A DNA stretch of 39,332 bases, taken from NCBI GenBank assembly GCA_000934665.2, contig JYFJ02003639.1, positions 1 to 39,332 on the forward strand, read 5' to 3'. A model generated the notes under the pieces. It was not told the origin of the DNA. It did not search any database and worked only from the letters and a program-made list of their open reading frames with translations. Positions 19,006 through 32,300 of the stretch are shown here, one piece after another. The DNA comes from Catajapyx aquilonaris. Lineage: Eukaryota. The translations under genes were made by a program, and so were the position numbers. The stretch's first letter is position 1. Each line of letters opens with the position of its first letter.

Positions 19006-19296
19006 TTGTTAAGAAAAATAAACGCACATCGATGGACTGAAGCAACCATTCTCTATCGCGAAAGAGAAGATAGATGGTCAATGGAGTTATGTAGCAGTGA
19101 AGAAGATTTATGCTCGTCGTTGCCTAAGGAGTTAATTTTTGACATTTTACCTGTGGTTGAAAAACAATGTGATCGTAGTATATTTCATGGTTGTTTACCT
19201 ATGTCATGTCGTGCACCTTCAAATGTATGGTGTTTGGCAGGATCTCAGGGAAAGATGTGTACATGTAGAACTGGAGTAAAATATCGGCGAGGATAA
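19006..19296 (+). CDS. Cys-rich hypothetical protein or 3' exon
   Basis: TTG-started ORF with C-terminal C...C...C...CTC; true start unknown. Confidence 0.4.
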   Translation: MLRKINAHRWTEATILYREREDRWSMELCSSEEDLCSSLPKELIFDILPVVEKQCDRSIFHGCLPMSCRAPSNVWCLAGSQGKMCTCRTGVKYRRG

Positions 19297-19366
19297 ATTA
19301 ATTGTTTATTCAAGCCTTGTGCAAATAGTACATAATTATCAAATATGTTTCACATTGAATAATACA

Positions 19367-19564
19367 TTAGTTGCCATATATGGTTGTTAGTATGGTAGTT
19401 TCATTTACGGGTAAAGAATCACATGGACAAAAGAGGATACACGTAATTAAATGTCCAAATATATATATGCTGAATCCTAGAACAATGAGAATTGTAAATA
19501 GCCACTTACAGGTCTCCTCGCAACAGTGTTTGGTGCAACAACTTTTCGTCCAACACATTTTCAT
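19367..19564 (-). CDS. Small Cys-rich single-pass membrane protein (65 aa)
   Basis: CC...CCE..C, a hydrophobic helix, then IYI..H...CI..CPC. Paralog of 19579-19764; minus-strand AATAAA at 19305-19310. Confidence 0.7.
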   Translation of the reverse strand: MKMCWTKSCCTKHCCEETCKWLFTILIVLGFSIYIFGHLITCILFCPCDSLPVNETTILTTIYGN

Positions 19565-19578
19565 AAAGGTACAATAGC

Positions 19579-19764
19579 TTAAGGTATCATAGGTGGTGGG
19601 ACACATGGACAAAGAATAATACACGCTGTTGTGTGACATATTATATATATAACCACCATTAATATTATTAAATAAATGCCTATTTCTGAAAAATTGTTAA
19701 AACAAAACTTTTCACATTTCTCGCAACAGTTATTATTACACTTCATCTTCGGATTCTGAATCAA
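19579..19764 (-). CDS. Small Cys-rich single-pass membrane protein (61 aa)
   Basis: C...CCE.C...C, a hydrophobic helix, then IYIICH...CIILCPC; paralog of its neighbour. Confidence 0.7.
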   Translation of the reverse strand: MIQNPKMKCNNNCCEKCEKFCFNNFSEIGIYLIILMVVIYIICHTTACIILCPCVPPPMIP

Positions 19765-19838
19765 CTTATTATCAGATGCAAGACTGGGGTCAATGATCTA
19801 CTTATTCTGTCAAGGTGTACAAGTAGAACTACAATGAA

Positions 19839-20805
19839 TCATTGACGGGATAACTTCATAAAAGGGGATGGATTACAGTCCAAGTCTGAGATACATTGGC
19901 GCGGGGCCTTTATGGTCGGGTCGCCGTAACTCTGACACAGTCCAAGTCTGTCTGGGAAGCGATAATATCTTGGTTCAATGCCCCAGTATTTTGGCGAGTC
20001 TATTGCAAGATTATGTTGCCTAGATATGGTAATCCATGACACCTTTTTTACATGTATACTTAGCTTCTCTGCCATATCCATAGGATCAATGCCCTTTGAC
20101 ATGTAAAAACATTTTCGGGTGATGGGGTCTATAAATATGTGATACGTGCCTGTCGCGACGACAATGATACTGTCATATTTTTTAAATTTCTCCTGTAGAT
20201 TGATCCTATCATATGATTCAACTTTTTCCCCATTAATTAACCACGATCCCTCTCGAGGCTGAATCACATAATGTGCAATTTTCCTCTCCCTTTCACCCAC
20301 TGCCGGAAATAGGTTACTCTTTTGCCCATAATCACTTGGGGGAGGAAAAAACAATTGTTGATTCCCGAAAAATACTGGAGACGCGATGTTATCTCGCGTG
20401 ATGCTGGCTTTCGTTATCCACTGGACCTTGGCTTCTTTTTTGGCTCCTAACAGTGTTGCCAAATGCTCCACATCTTCTTCGCTGACATCATAATAGGAAG
20501 AGCAATTTCCCGATTTGCAATCGATTATAACGCAGGGACCATCAACTAGGTGTACCACAATGATGCCTTCCGGTTGCTGGCTCTTGTTTAGAATCGTCTC
20601 AATTTTAAACCGGCGCTCTAGTTGACCTGGTAGATGCCACTTTTTAATCGCATCCGGCATAAGTATTAGATACTGTCTACAATTGTTGACGTTGTAGAAA
20701 GACACCATATCTTGCACCTTTTCATCTAGTATCAATAATAAGAATAAGAAATCTCATGTAAAAGTTAAAAGCTCACTTATTAGTTGGCTTACCTGAATAT
20801 TGCAT
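19839..20805 (-). CDS. Spliced 299-aa hypothetical protein with internal duplication (exons 20805-20793, 20725-19839)
   Basis: ATGCAATATTCAG|GTAAGC donor and CTAG acceptor define a phase-1 67-nt intron in frame with the TTG-started track ORF. Confidence 0.75.
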
Positions 20806-20938
20806 GATCGTGGTATCAGTTAATTATTGTGAAACCGTGACGCTGCGACACAACCGTCTAGGGTGACACCCAGATCATCTATGATGAATTTACTCGAAAT
20901 TAACTCTTAGAAGTGCTTTGCTCTGCTCCATCAACCTT

Positions 20939-21144
20939 CGATAAAGGTGGTGGCGCTCATGGGTGTCGCCATTTTACAAGATGGTGGCCTACATGGTGCA
21001 ACCGACCTAACACACTTCCGCTAGTGCCATTCCTACCGCCTCCGATAAAGATGGCGGTGCTCATGGGTGTCGCCATTTTACAAGATGGTGGCCTACATAG
21101 TGCAACCAACCTAGCACACTTCAGCTAGTGCCATTCCTACCGCC
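20939..21144 (+). repeat. Tandem duplication (104-bp period) of the inner TIR segment, right end only
   Basis: CGATAAAG...CCATTCCTACCGCC at 20939-21040 and 21043-21144. Confidence 0.9.
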
Positions 21145-21377
21145 ATTGGCTCTGTCGGCGCTTCCCAATGATATTTCCCGTAGACGGTAGCGCCCCTACC
21201 GAGTCGTAAAAACCAGAAACATGCCTATGTGTCCTGGCACACTTGGCCTAGGGACACTCCCCACCGCTCAGGCGCTGGCAGCGCCCACCTATGTTATTTC
21301 ACATAGACAGTGCTGCCTCTGGTGTTGGGGAGTGTCCCTAGGCCAAGTGTGCCAGGACACATAGGCATAATACTACT
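21040..21377 (-). repeat. Right terminal inverted repeat (338 bp)
   Basis: Reverse complement of 1714-2051; ends in ACTACT, followed by TSD AACCCT. Confidence 0.97.
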
Positions 21378-22767
21378 AACCCTGAAGAAAATCGTAACCA
21401 GACAATATTTCTGTTCATATTTAGCGCCATTTAGCATCTGATGTCAGGCTTACGGGAGGCAACATATGGGACACACCCGACACACCATCTTACGCCTTGA
21501 CCACAAATTCAATAAAATCACTTGTGCCAACACGTAAAAGAAAACATCTGATTCTTTTTTCGCTAATGTGACGTGGAGATACCAAGTACGTGCAAGTATA
21601 TGCTGATGATAGAGACCATCCTGACAAAATAAAGCGACAATCCCTCCGCAAATTTGTGGGCGGGATGCTTATATGTCTGGTTCATATTGTCGCCTAATAA
21701 TTTTCATAGAAGTTCTGGGGCGAACAAAACAGCCTGGCTGTACCAGAAGCGAGATTAAAACGAGGCATATTAGGATAAAATAATAACTAATACGCCAAAA
21801 GATGGCCGAGTGCACCCTATTCGATTAAGGGATCATGAGAACCAACACACGACTAATTGTGGTGGGTGTGGTTCAAAGGACGAAATGCGTGGCATAAAAA
21901 TGGCACAGAGAAGGCAGTACACCAAGTGGGGAACTCTGGGCCATCCCAGGATTAAGTTCAAAAAGAGAGGCACGATCTGGTTAAAAATTGGACTTATCAA
22001 TGTTTTTGTTGAAACAAATCAAGGGCAGAGACAAAACATGCAATGCCTAAGCACTTAGATGCTTTTAACTACTGAACATCAATCTGGTCTTTTTGTCCAT
22101 CACATCACTTACAGTTAAGTATAAGGATGGAGAAGGATCAAAAACATTTAGCATCTGATACTAGCCTTGTAGGAACCGGAAAACACCTCAGACAAACACT
22201 TTAACACTTAGGCCTAGACCACACATTCCATAAAACCGCTGAAATAAATAACTATAGGCTACAATAACAGGCAAAACACGTAAAAGAAAACACCTTAATT
22301 GTCCCCTAATGTTAGCTGTATCAGTTTATAATTTTTGCACATTTTTGATTTGCTTCTGGCAGGAGCAAATGTATTAGAAACAATATTACTGAGACAGTTT
22401 GCACACTAAAGTCGAATGCAAATAAGAACGCAGACAACTGCCCCATGCAAACTCACTTCTTGGGGGCTGCCATTTGTATTGAAATTCCATTCCCCCATCC
22501 AGCGTTGGAATCACAAGAGGGTCACTGGGTCCATAATAAAACAAGTTACTTAGGACTATTCCTGACCCACTGCAATGCCAAAATCTTGCAATTTTCTCAT
22601 CGCTTATTTGTTCATAATTATTATATACTTCACAGATATGCTCATGAAGGCTGTTTGCACTAGTAAAACCAAACTAGCACGAAGTGGCTTCATCTCACAT
22701 TCTGCCTAACTCCTTGTATCTGGCGTATTCATTGTGCATGTCACAATTTTATCTTTGTGATGTAGAT

Positions 22768-23180
22768 GCGCAAGTCGAGCGGACTGTTTTGTTGATAGAT
22801 GGCGCGCAGTTGTTGCCAGGTTATGGCGTATCGCGTCGTAGTAAGTAAACAACAACACGATACGCCATAACCTGGCAACAACAGAACCGCTGTTGACTAT
22901 CCGCGAGTCTGCTAGGAGGCGGACTTTAGTTGCTAGATGGCTCTGCTGTTGCCACGTTATGGCACATCGCATCGTTGGTTACTATCCGAGCGCCATCTAT
23001 CAACAAAACAGTCCTCTCGACTTGCGCCTCTCGCGTGACGCGTCTGAGCGCACCCGTTCCTCGTCTATGAACCCCCTCTAGATGGCGTTTCCGGACACGG
23101 TTTCCTATGTCAAAAATGTTTGTCTTGGTCCCCTCTATCACCCCTAGAAGTTTGTCGGTTGAATTCATTTACACCCTGTA
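22768..23180. mobile_element. Truncated Tc1/mariner-type MITE remnant with nested inverted repeats
   Basis: 38-bp inverted repeat (22768-22805/22990-23027) and 25-bp perfect inverted repeat (22809-22833/22858-22882). Ends in CACCCTG-TA at 23172-23180; the partner TIR was not found. Confidence 0.5.
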
Positions 23181-25749
23181 TATTGGCTGAGAGACCTTGC
23201 CCTGGCGAAAACAAGCATTTCACTGAAAAAAAGAGCATCCGAGTGTATTTTACCGGCAAGATAATGAAAGCAGGCATTATATAGAATGCCTAGGAAATGT
23301 ACCAGTATACTATAAAATATGTCTCATGTTTTTAGGCAAAGTATGAAATGTTTGTTATTAAATATTTTGCATATAGGCATTTTATATAATACCTATAGGC
23401 ATTATATGGAATACCTATCGGCATGATATACAAAATAACGAGTAATTTTTAAGCAATTCAATATAGGCCTACTGTGTGACGTCTCGCGAGGACTTGAAAA
23501 CTTAGCCCTATTTCTATTTTTCCTAGCGAGAGTCCATGGGAGCTGCCATCTCCCCATTGGTTCCTCCCTCCCCGCACACTAATTACTCACCCATTGGTCA
23601 CAATTTGTCAGGGTGAGCCCGCCGAGATTGTGACCCACGGGCAGGTTGACCATATTGTCCACATGCTGTTAGTCGTCCCCTTCCAACTGGGTTTTCTCCC
23701 ATTTTCTTTACTCTAGTGTGGAACGAACATCGAGAAAAGTGGCAGAGGGAGGAATACATTTTTACAAAATTTGGATTTTTACCACGACAGAAAATGATAC
23801 AGTGTGGATGCGGCTTAAGAAGAAAAGCCTGGAAGGATCTCTGAGCCCATTTTGCAACTAGAAATAAACCAGAACGTAACTCCATTCATCAAAATCCCAT
23901 ATTCCCATTGGCAATGGAAAAGTTAAGGGGTACACAACTTGCAAGTAGTATCACCACCTTAATTACGACTGTGGATATACAAACAAGACGAAATAGTGCG
24001 ATTTCTCTAGATCCACGAGCCAAAGAGGACCACTCCAGGTTTGCTCAACGCATCGCTGAAGAGGAATTGAAGATATGCTTATTGCTCAGTTATTGCTTAT
24101 AAGTTATAACTGAAAAATGCAGGGAATCGTGCTGGCATCAGGAGATGGAAAGTTGCATGATTACATGCTCATGGAGTAGCGGTACCGGTACGGATACCGA
24201 GTGAAGCCATAGAAATCAGACGTCCAGCAGTCAGTAGTATCCAGTCTGACGAAATGGGTAAGAGCCAGGAATCGTATGCCAAGCTGGCCATAGAGACAAT
24301 GTGAGCAATCAGCCACACCCAACAGTATCCGACGGGCACCTCCTAATTGAAGATTCCGACCGCGTCCTGCATGATCATTTGGAGATGTAAGTTTATCCTG
24401 GATGGGTACACAGATTGCTCTAGCCACTTTAAAAGAATGTCCGTACACACCTCATGCAAACTGTTGTGATGACTCCACAGAAGGACCTTCTCTCATTCCT
24501 GTATCAAACCACACCTGAGGTCTACGAACCTACATTGAGTGCTGCATAAGTCGTGGAATATGCCAAATTTCCAGCTATTTCTGTCATCTCATGCTTGTAA
24601 TATGCTCACCTTGTAATAACATTTGTTTTCTTCGTCTGATGTATGCAACAACCTATGAGAATGTTGCCTGATTGACAGTTGTCACTTTGCCTCTTGGATG
24701 ACAATATTGATGAAGAAAATAATATTAGACGTTATATTCTGTTAGCGTTACCTTCTCCTGGGTTGATCTTAATACAATTTCAGAGAGGAAAAAAGGTTCG
24801 TACAAATTCCCGCAACGAAATTCATACCCCCTAGCTATCATCATGCTTGGGGACCACAATAGTACTTGTATAAATACACGACACTGGACTAATTGGCGTT
24901 AGCTTACATCATGATATTCAATTGATTTGATTGCATAAGAAATTCAAACATTATTTTGATAGACCATAAGGCCCATATGTGTTTGTTATGAAAATTGGAA
25001 TGAGCTCAAACTTGGTAAAATATATTTGGTCGCTTACTTGACTGGCCATCCATTACACACGGTAATTGCAATAGTACATTGTCGCCTAATAATTTTCCCA
25101 TTCATTCGGATAAACAATAGTTTATCCGAATGAAGATACACAGGAGAGGAGAGGGGTTGGTATCTGGCAAAGAAAATATTGGCAAAACCTTCTCTAAAAC
25201 TTCTCATCTGAATACCAGAACACCATGGAAAAACGATGCTGGATGATCCACAAGAATTCAATTCACTTTCTATTCAACATTACTAATCAAAGGTGATGCA
25301 AACTGGAGCAGGTGAAGAATGAACTAATCTTGTGCCTCTAATGCATTCGGATATGAAGCATTGGTAGCATGGTAGGTCACATACAGTTCATGTTACGAAT
25401 ACATGTCGCATTACGTGAAATACTGCCGACCATTGCATGAAAGGTTTACTTTGCTGATTGCCGAATAAAAGAGCGCTGAGTAAGATATCCCCTGGCAGCA
25501 AGTGTGAGCTATAGTTAAACCGTCAAATGACGCTTGAATATCTGTATGTAATAGATAACCATAGTGAACATCATAAACAGTTGTGGAAGTGGTGGTGAGT
25601 AATTGTACCTTTCAGTTACATTGTGAGATGTATGCAAAGAAAAAATTGATTTTTTACCACTGATATAAAAAGACATAACATATTATCACTGTAATTAGAA
25701 GCATAATATAATTACCGTTACGTAATTCTACTTGTATAAAATTTCGCCA

Positions 25750-26340
25750 AATGAAAAGTATGCTCAGTGCACTTGGAGATACCTGGGTGAGCGGAGAGTA
25801 CAACCAGCAATATCGCCTAAAGCCTATCCCATATTTGATAGGTTCAATTAGTATACGTCGCATGCTGCAGTTAGTTCACTTTCAACAAACAAGGGGATAC
25901 AATGTGCTGTCATTTTACATTTGGATCAGCGGTTAAAATTGTCGTTTAGTAAACCCTCCATAACTAACAAGTTACTATTAGGACTATTCCTGACATGTTA
26001 CAGGCCCCAAAATGTTTTGTTCATTTGGCACCTGCTCGATTCCATATTCAGATCGTGCCTGGCAGGGCATCAACAGACAGCACTCGCTGGATATGCACCT
26101 TTTATGACGAATGTGTCATTCATGTTTATGACAGTGCCAACCCTGCTGGTAGGGTTAATAATCTCACGAAAAATCAGATCAACTTCCTTGATCGTTTATT
26201 TCCTAACCGGTCCCCAATCATCCTCGAGGAAGTCCAGCAGCAGACTAATGGTGTTGACTGCGGTGTATTCGCTAATATTGCATTTGGTAGACATGCTATG
26301 TAGTATATGCTCCCTGTCCTAACGTCAAAAGGAAAAGAGA
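25750..26340 (+). pseudogene. Decayed Ulp1-like cysteine protease domain, probably transposon-derived
   Basis: W....F...IHVYDS...VQQQTNGVDCGVFA in ORF 25995-26303; catalytic His absent and flanks disrupted. Confidence 0.65.
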
Positions 26341-29300
26341 GGCTAAAAACCCATCGGGCCAACACCGCACTCTTGGGCCGTTGTCCCTGCTCACACCACT
26401 CCCCCGTATTGGCCGACACCAGAGCCTCTTGTAACTCTTGTATCTTGTAATATTTATCTGGGAACCACAATATAGCGTATATTGGTGCTTGACAGTGAAT
26501 TGCGACTCGAACTTACTTCCCCGGTGTACTGAAGATCCCATAATATAGTCATACCACATTTCGACATTGTCCTGAACATATCATGTTCCATAAAATTAAT
26601 CTTCGCCAATCATCCTGAGCTACTTGGCCGGATCTTTCTAACCTAGGCAACGACCTCACGGCTACCAACATCACCCCCTCATGTCACCCTCAATATCATT
26701 CATGTTGCGAATGGAGAACAATGTGAAGCAGGGGAAGTTTGTTGAGGTTATGAAGGCAGCAGAGATACATATGACAGAAGACCTTGCCGAGGGAACTGAG
26801 GTCACACAAAATTATGAGAGATTCAAGTTCACATCATCCAGTGACACAATTACGATAAAATTGCGAGTGATCAGTTTTTTTTAATGGGTTTAAACATTGA
26901 TCAAATCGACGAAAAGTCGTTCATGCAGTGTAAATGTTGGGCTATCTGTGCGAGTTATCTGATTTTCTCGCTTTACTAGCTCAAAATTATGAGTTTTTGA
27001 TGATGTTGATTTTGAAATAATTCATATTGGAAAATGCTGTTGGTTTCTTGGTATGCGAAGAGGAAGCTTTAAACGCTATAACTGTGTCTAGACTAAGGAA
27101 CAGTGATTGAAATCGTAAGTGGAAACCTAAGAACAATTTCTGTACAAATTTATGCCGTGCACGATACAGTGTCATAAGAACTAACACAAGAAATATAGGT
27201 CACAAAACCTCTGCGACCTTAATTTTCTTCTACCATCTACACTTCTACAGTATTGCAATGACTCTGCAAATATATTTGCATTATATCGGCATTTCTTGTC
27301 ACGAAGATGCCTATACAAACGAGGACTCTTTCAGACAGCTGTCTGATCTATGGCAGAAATGTTGTGTGAAGCAGTGCCTGGGGACATTTCATAAATATAA
27401 AAGTGGGAATACTTTTATTGATATGAATTAATTAATCGCATCATTATGCCGTACAACAATGCCATAATTTTACCTGACTTTATTTCCAAGATAATCACAA
27501 GGAAAACACCAGTTGTAATGCTGATGTAATTCAATACAATTTAATAGTATTACCCATATGGAGTAGCAATAATTTACTGCAGACATGGGAGGAACAGTAT
27601 GCTCCTGGTATACGCTCTATGCATAACACCTGATTTTTTTATTGCAACAATCAAAAGAAGATGGAAGGAAGGCTACACTCCAACAGACCTCCATCCATCG
27701 ACCCTCGGAGACATCTTCTGCCTGGCAATTGCACCAATAATTATTCCTCAACTAGTGAACTTATCATACAGCAGGAGGCGCAGTGTGAATCAACCACAAG
27801 AAAAATGTTCTCAATATACTGGCGAATGAATCGTTATTAACCCTAGCAGCCAACAGAGTATCCCATCATAACTGACCACCCAGAAGAGCCACAACTCTTC
27901 CCAAGGTCCGGCATCTTACCCGTGGATTCCCAATAATAACAGTATAAGCAGTTTAATTATAATTACCATCACATCAATGAGGATCATTATAAGGTATGAC
28001 GATAATTATTGGTAGTAAATGATGTCAACGTACTATCGGTCTCAATTAGTTTCGGCCACTTTAACCTGGTCTTGAAGCAACCCTTCGCACAGGCCCCACG
28101 GTGCGGGGAGGAGGTGTGTGTGTGGCTGATGGGACGGCCGACATTCGCTCAGATTGCAGTAGTATGACCCGGGAACCTGTCTGACAAATGCTTTTAAATG
28201 CTGTTACTGATCGGGTACGAGGGAAAGAAGCTATTGTTTTGTGCCATAGTTCGCATTAATATTTCGCCTCCCACGGCCGGATGGAGGTCAAGTATCACAC
28301 CTTGGGACACATCCAACGTCGTATTTTGTTCAATGTGCACATGTGATGTGAAAGTCGGGTAGGAAATATTTTATTTTTCTATAATAAAAGTACTCTTGTA
28401 GCACTAGAGGCTCCACACCAATGCACTAAATTAGGCAATGTACGTATTATGGCTTGCAATGGAAATTATTACAAACATGTACATTATAACATGTATAGCG
28501 TATTATCGATTAAGCGAGAGTGAAGAACACTGCATGACAGTCTACTATGAAGCAACGAACCATCTCTGCAAAAAAAAAAAAAAGTGTTTCATAATACGTT
28601 CCAAGCTGAACTCCTGTGCACCAGGGCTTACCGTTTTGTCTCTGATTATCAGTAATAGTGTGAACCACCTTGTAATACCAATAACCATGATTTCTCATTA
28701 CATGAATTATAAAACAGGCGTGTGTGCCATACTTTTCCTCCCACCCTCACCAACCCTGCCTTTACTGAGCAATTCTGTCTACTTAGTAACACCATACTGT
28801 CTTCATTACTAAACGTGACGTACACTGCTGTTTATGACAAGCTCTACGAGGAAATAGCCTGATTGACAGTTGTCAGTTTTAGGTGTCATTAGACGTTATA
28901 TTCTGTTAGCGTAACCTTCTCCTGTATTTCAGAGGGAAAAAATGTTCGTCCACATTCCGGCAACGAAATTCATACCCTCTAGCTACATGTACTGTACGAG
29001 TATACGCTTGCACAAACTGGTCTATTTGACGTTAGTCATATTATTGACAACCAACATCATGATATTCTAATGTATTTGATTGCACAAGAAATGCCAACAT
29101 TTGATAGACTACAAGGCCCATCGAGATGCCCCCACATGTCTTTCGAATTATGAAAATTGAAATATTGTAACCACTTCACCAATGTTTGAACTCAAACTTG
29201 GTAAAATTAGGTTACCCACGTGACTGGCTATCTGTCTGCATTTGTATGGCTCATTACATCATGCAGTAGTCCAGATAAGATGGACACGTTGGATGGACAT

Positions 29301-32300
29301 TACACCAGAGAAAGCCTGCATCAAAATTACCCCACAGCAAATCACTCTGTATCTGCATTTTTAATCGACGGTGTCGAAGCAGCAAGGTGCAGTTCGACAA
29401 TAGGACTAACGAGGAGCTCCAGGAAGCGGCTAAGATTACAATCTGACATTGCAAGTCACCAGGAGCCCCAAGTGAAATAATTCAATAATCCGCTTCACTT
29501 GCTTAAGCCTCCATTTGATGCAAAAGTGCCAAAAATGCTAATGTTATAATTATCCACATAGTTACAACAGCAGAACCAGAGACTGACAGTTGATGTAACT
29601 ATATTGCATGTTGTGCAGGATTATCTAGTCCATGGCTAACATGATGAAATTGGTTGGTACAAGACAATGAGAAGAAACTGTCTCATCACGTGCTATGAAG
29701 TGTAGAAACGTCACTGATGGTATTAATACCTGGATTAATTAATGATTAAATAATCCCCGGCCCACATACCAAAAGGTCGAGGAGGGTCATACCCAAGCTT
29801 ATCAGCCATTTGCGATCATACAGACGCTGCTGCCCCAATTAGTAAAATGGACATAAACAGCTTTTCTACGTACTTCAAAGTATGCAGGACTCTCAATCTC
29901 TTGTCAAGTATGAAAAAATAGCAACGAGATTTTCGGGAGAAGTGTTGGGTTCCTGTTTTGTGTCCAATTTCAGCAAACCAATGGCCGGATTGGCCGAGGG
30001 TGATCCCCATGTTGGCGATGGTGCACTGGTATAAATCACACAATGATTGGACCTTATCATAACTGACTAACATTCCGCAACTGCAGGGTCATTATGCAGG
30101 AGATTTGCAGTATCACCGTGGTCTGACCCAATCCAAATGCTGAAACAAGCAGTGCATGTGTTGTCCAACATTGTACCCATAATAAATGTCAGATAGCGGC
30201 TATCTTGCTATAAATATATGGCACTCTTAAGGCATCCAACATCATTATTTAATAATGCAAAGAGGAAAAAATGATCCCCTTAACATGGATTGTCTAATAA
30301 GGATATCTCGTGCAAGACAACAGAATCGCTCGATACTGCATATCGTACACGGAATATGTCAGAGATGTGCTAAGACAGCCTCAAACATCCCTGCACACAC
30401 AACAAAAAAACCAGGAAATTATGCTATTGGACGTGACAAAAGAGGGCGACTAGAATTGATGCGGACCAATGTAACACCAAAAGTGAAGTACTATTTCGCA
30501 TCAATGTGCACATATGGCACACACCACAGTATCAAGGTTTAAACTAGACGGTGGCACGAAAAGGTCACAACTCCCATTGAAAGAAGACAGCAACAAAAAA
30601 TGAAACCCATCAAATGTCCCTCGTAGCACGAATAAAAATTATTAGCAGCAAAAACCTAACTTTAACACAATATTTATATGCATTTGTGCCCTTCATATAG
30701 CACTCGTGGCAATCGCAATACGGGATCCGAATACCGTAATTAATATTACCATTGGAAATATCTAAATTAGACTCCTGTGGATTTTGTTGTCAAAATAAAT
30801 CCCTCCGCAATTTTGTGGGTATGCTGTTTGGATGTCTGTTACATATTGTTGCCAGATAATTTCAAAACCGCCTCTGGCCGTACCAGAAGCGAGAATGAAA
30901 CGAGGCATATTATGATATAATAATAGTAACTAATACGTCAAAAGAGTGAGGAGTCCTATTAGATTAACAGATTATGATAACCAACACAATCGATTCCAAA
31001 TGGATATATGAAGTATGTAAATAACTATAATTGGTCATGTCTGATCCAGTCTGACTTTCGCCTTTTACTCGGCTAAATGGGAATAAGACCTGACTATTCG
31101 ACCGTACTATTCCTCCAGTCAGGAACATAAGCCTAGCCATATTATTTTATCCTTGCAAGACACTCAGCACCTTCCGCCTGAAAGACACCCAAGACAGATC
31201 ATAAGACTCCCAGAACATGTTCAGAAAGTGTTCAAGAAGTGCATTACCGGCCGTTTAATGTATCTGAATTCCCAAAAGGTGGCAATACTGTACTATACTC
31301 GTATAATGGGTTGGTATAGATGGCAGGGGCATATAATGTATATGATATACTTACTCTTAAATTCTGATATGTGCTGACATATGGCAGGTAAAACCATAAT
31401 ATCTACTGATATCTTTGACAAAAATAGTTTGTAAATGCAACCAACGGCGAATATGGAAATTCCTCCAGTCAGCCACATCTTCTTTACAAGACGCCCAGCA
31501 CTTTCGGCCGGAAAGACAGCCATGACATCGACAAGGGGACATCAGATTCACAGAAGGACGAGAACGCACCTCACCAAGAAAACGTAACGATTCAGACGCG
31601 AAAATAATATTCCCTCTCCTCTGGGACCATGAAAAAGTGTATACACAAAACTTTATTTTTATCGATATTGATGTTTGCAATTTTGCGAAATGTGTCACAC
31701 CTGAATTACCACAGAAGGACTGTGCATGTCCTCAGGAGAGCCCCAGAAACTGTATTTCCCAGTATGCAATACGCCGAGTTCGTTTTTCACTGCGAGTAAA
31801 TGTTTCAGTATTGGTATCATTTGGACATCCACAACTCGCAAGGAAACTGATCTCAGTGCCAGCTGCAGTATTGGCAACGCAAAGATGTAAATTATTCATT
31901 TAATCACAACATACAGGAAACAGTCACGAAACAGTGCTTTTCAGGTAATGGGAGAGACGTAATCTTCCTCATGCGATGATGTGGTGAACCTTGACCATCA
32001 GCAATCAATGCATGACGTTGTTCAGCGAGTGGTAAATATACTGCAAGATTCATCCCAAATCATCAAGGAAAGGTTATCACAAGCTTTCATCAAACAAACA
32101 AACAAAAATATCCTAAACTATTTCAGACAATGACGAATTAGTGAAAGCTACACGGCCCGGGGGAAGGGAGAGTCAGTCTGGTTCGGGCTTCCAAGGAGGA
32201 AATATCCCGGCCTGACTCGACCAGAGTCGGGGTATGAAAGGACAATACCATGATGGTTTTATTAATTGAGGGGAAGAACCCTATTTGGATACCTCTACCG

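Larger units (their letters stand above)
1714..21377 (+). mobile_element. Full-length Polinton/Maverick (adintovirus-type endogenous virus), 19,664 bp
   Basis: AGTAGT/ACTACT termini, 338-bp TIRs and TSD AACCCT (1708-1713, 21378-21383). Carries pPolB, rve integrase, A32-like ATPase, cysteine protease and two capsid-like ORFs. Confidence 0.98.

Noticed and set aside
3114..19296. LxCxE retinoblastoma-binding oncoprotein among the accessory ORFs
   Set aside because: I found no canonical LxCxE in any accessory translation; the nearest is WECVE in the 17729 ORF.
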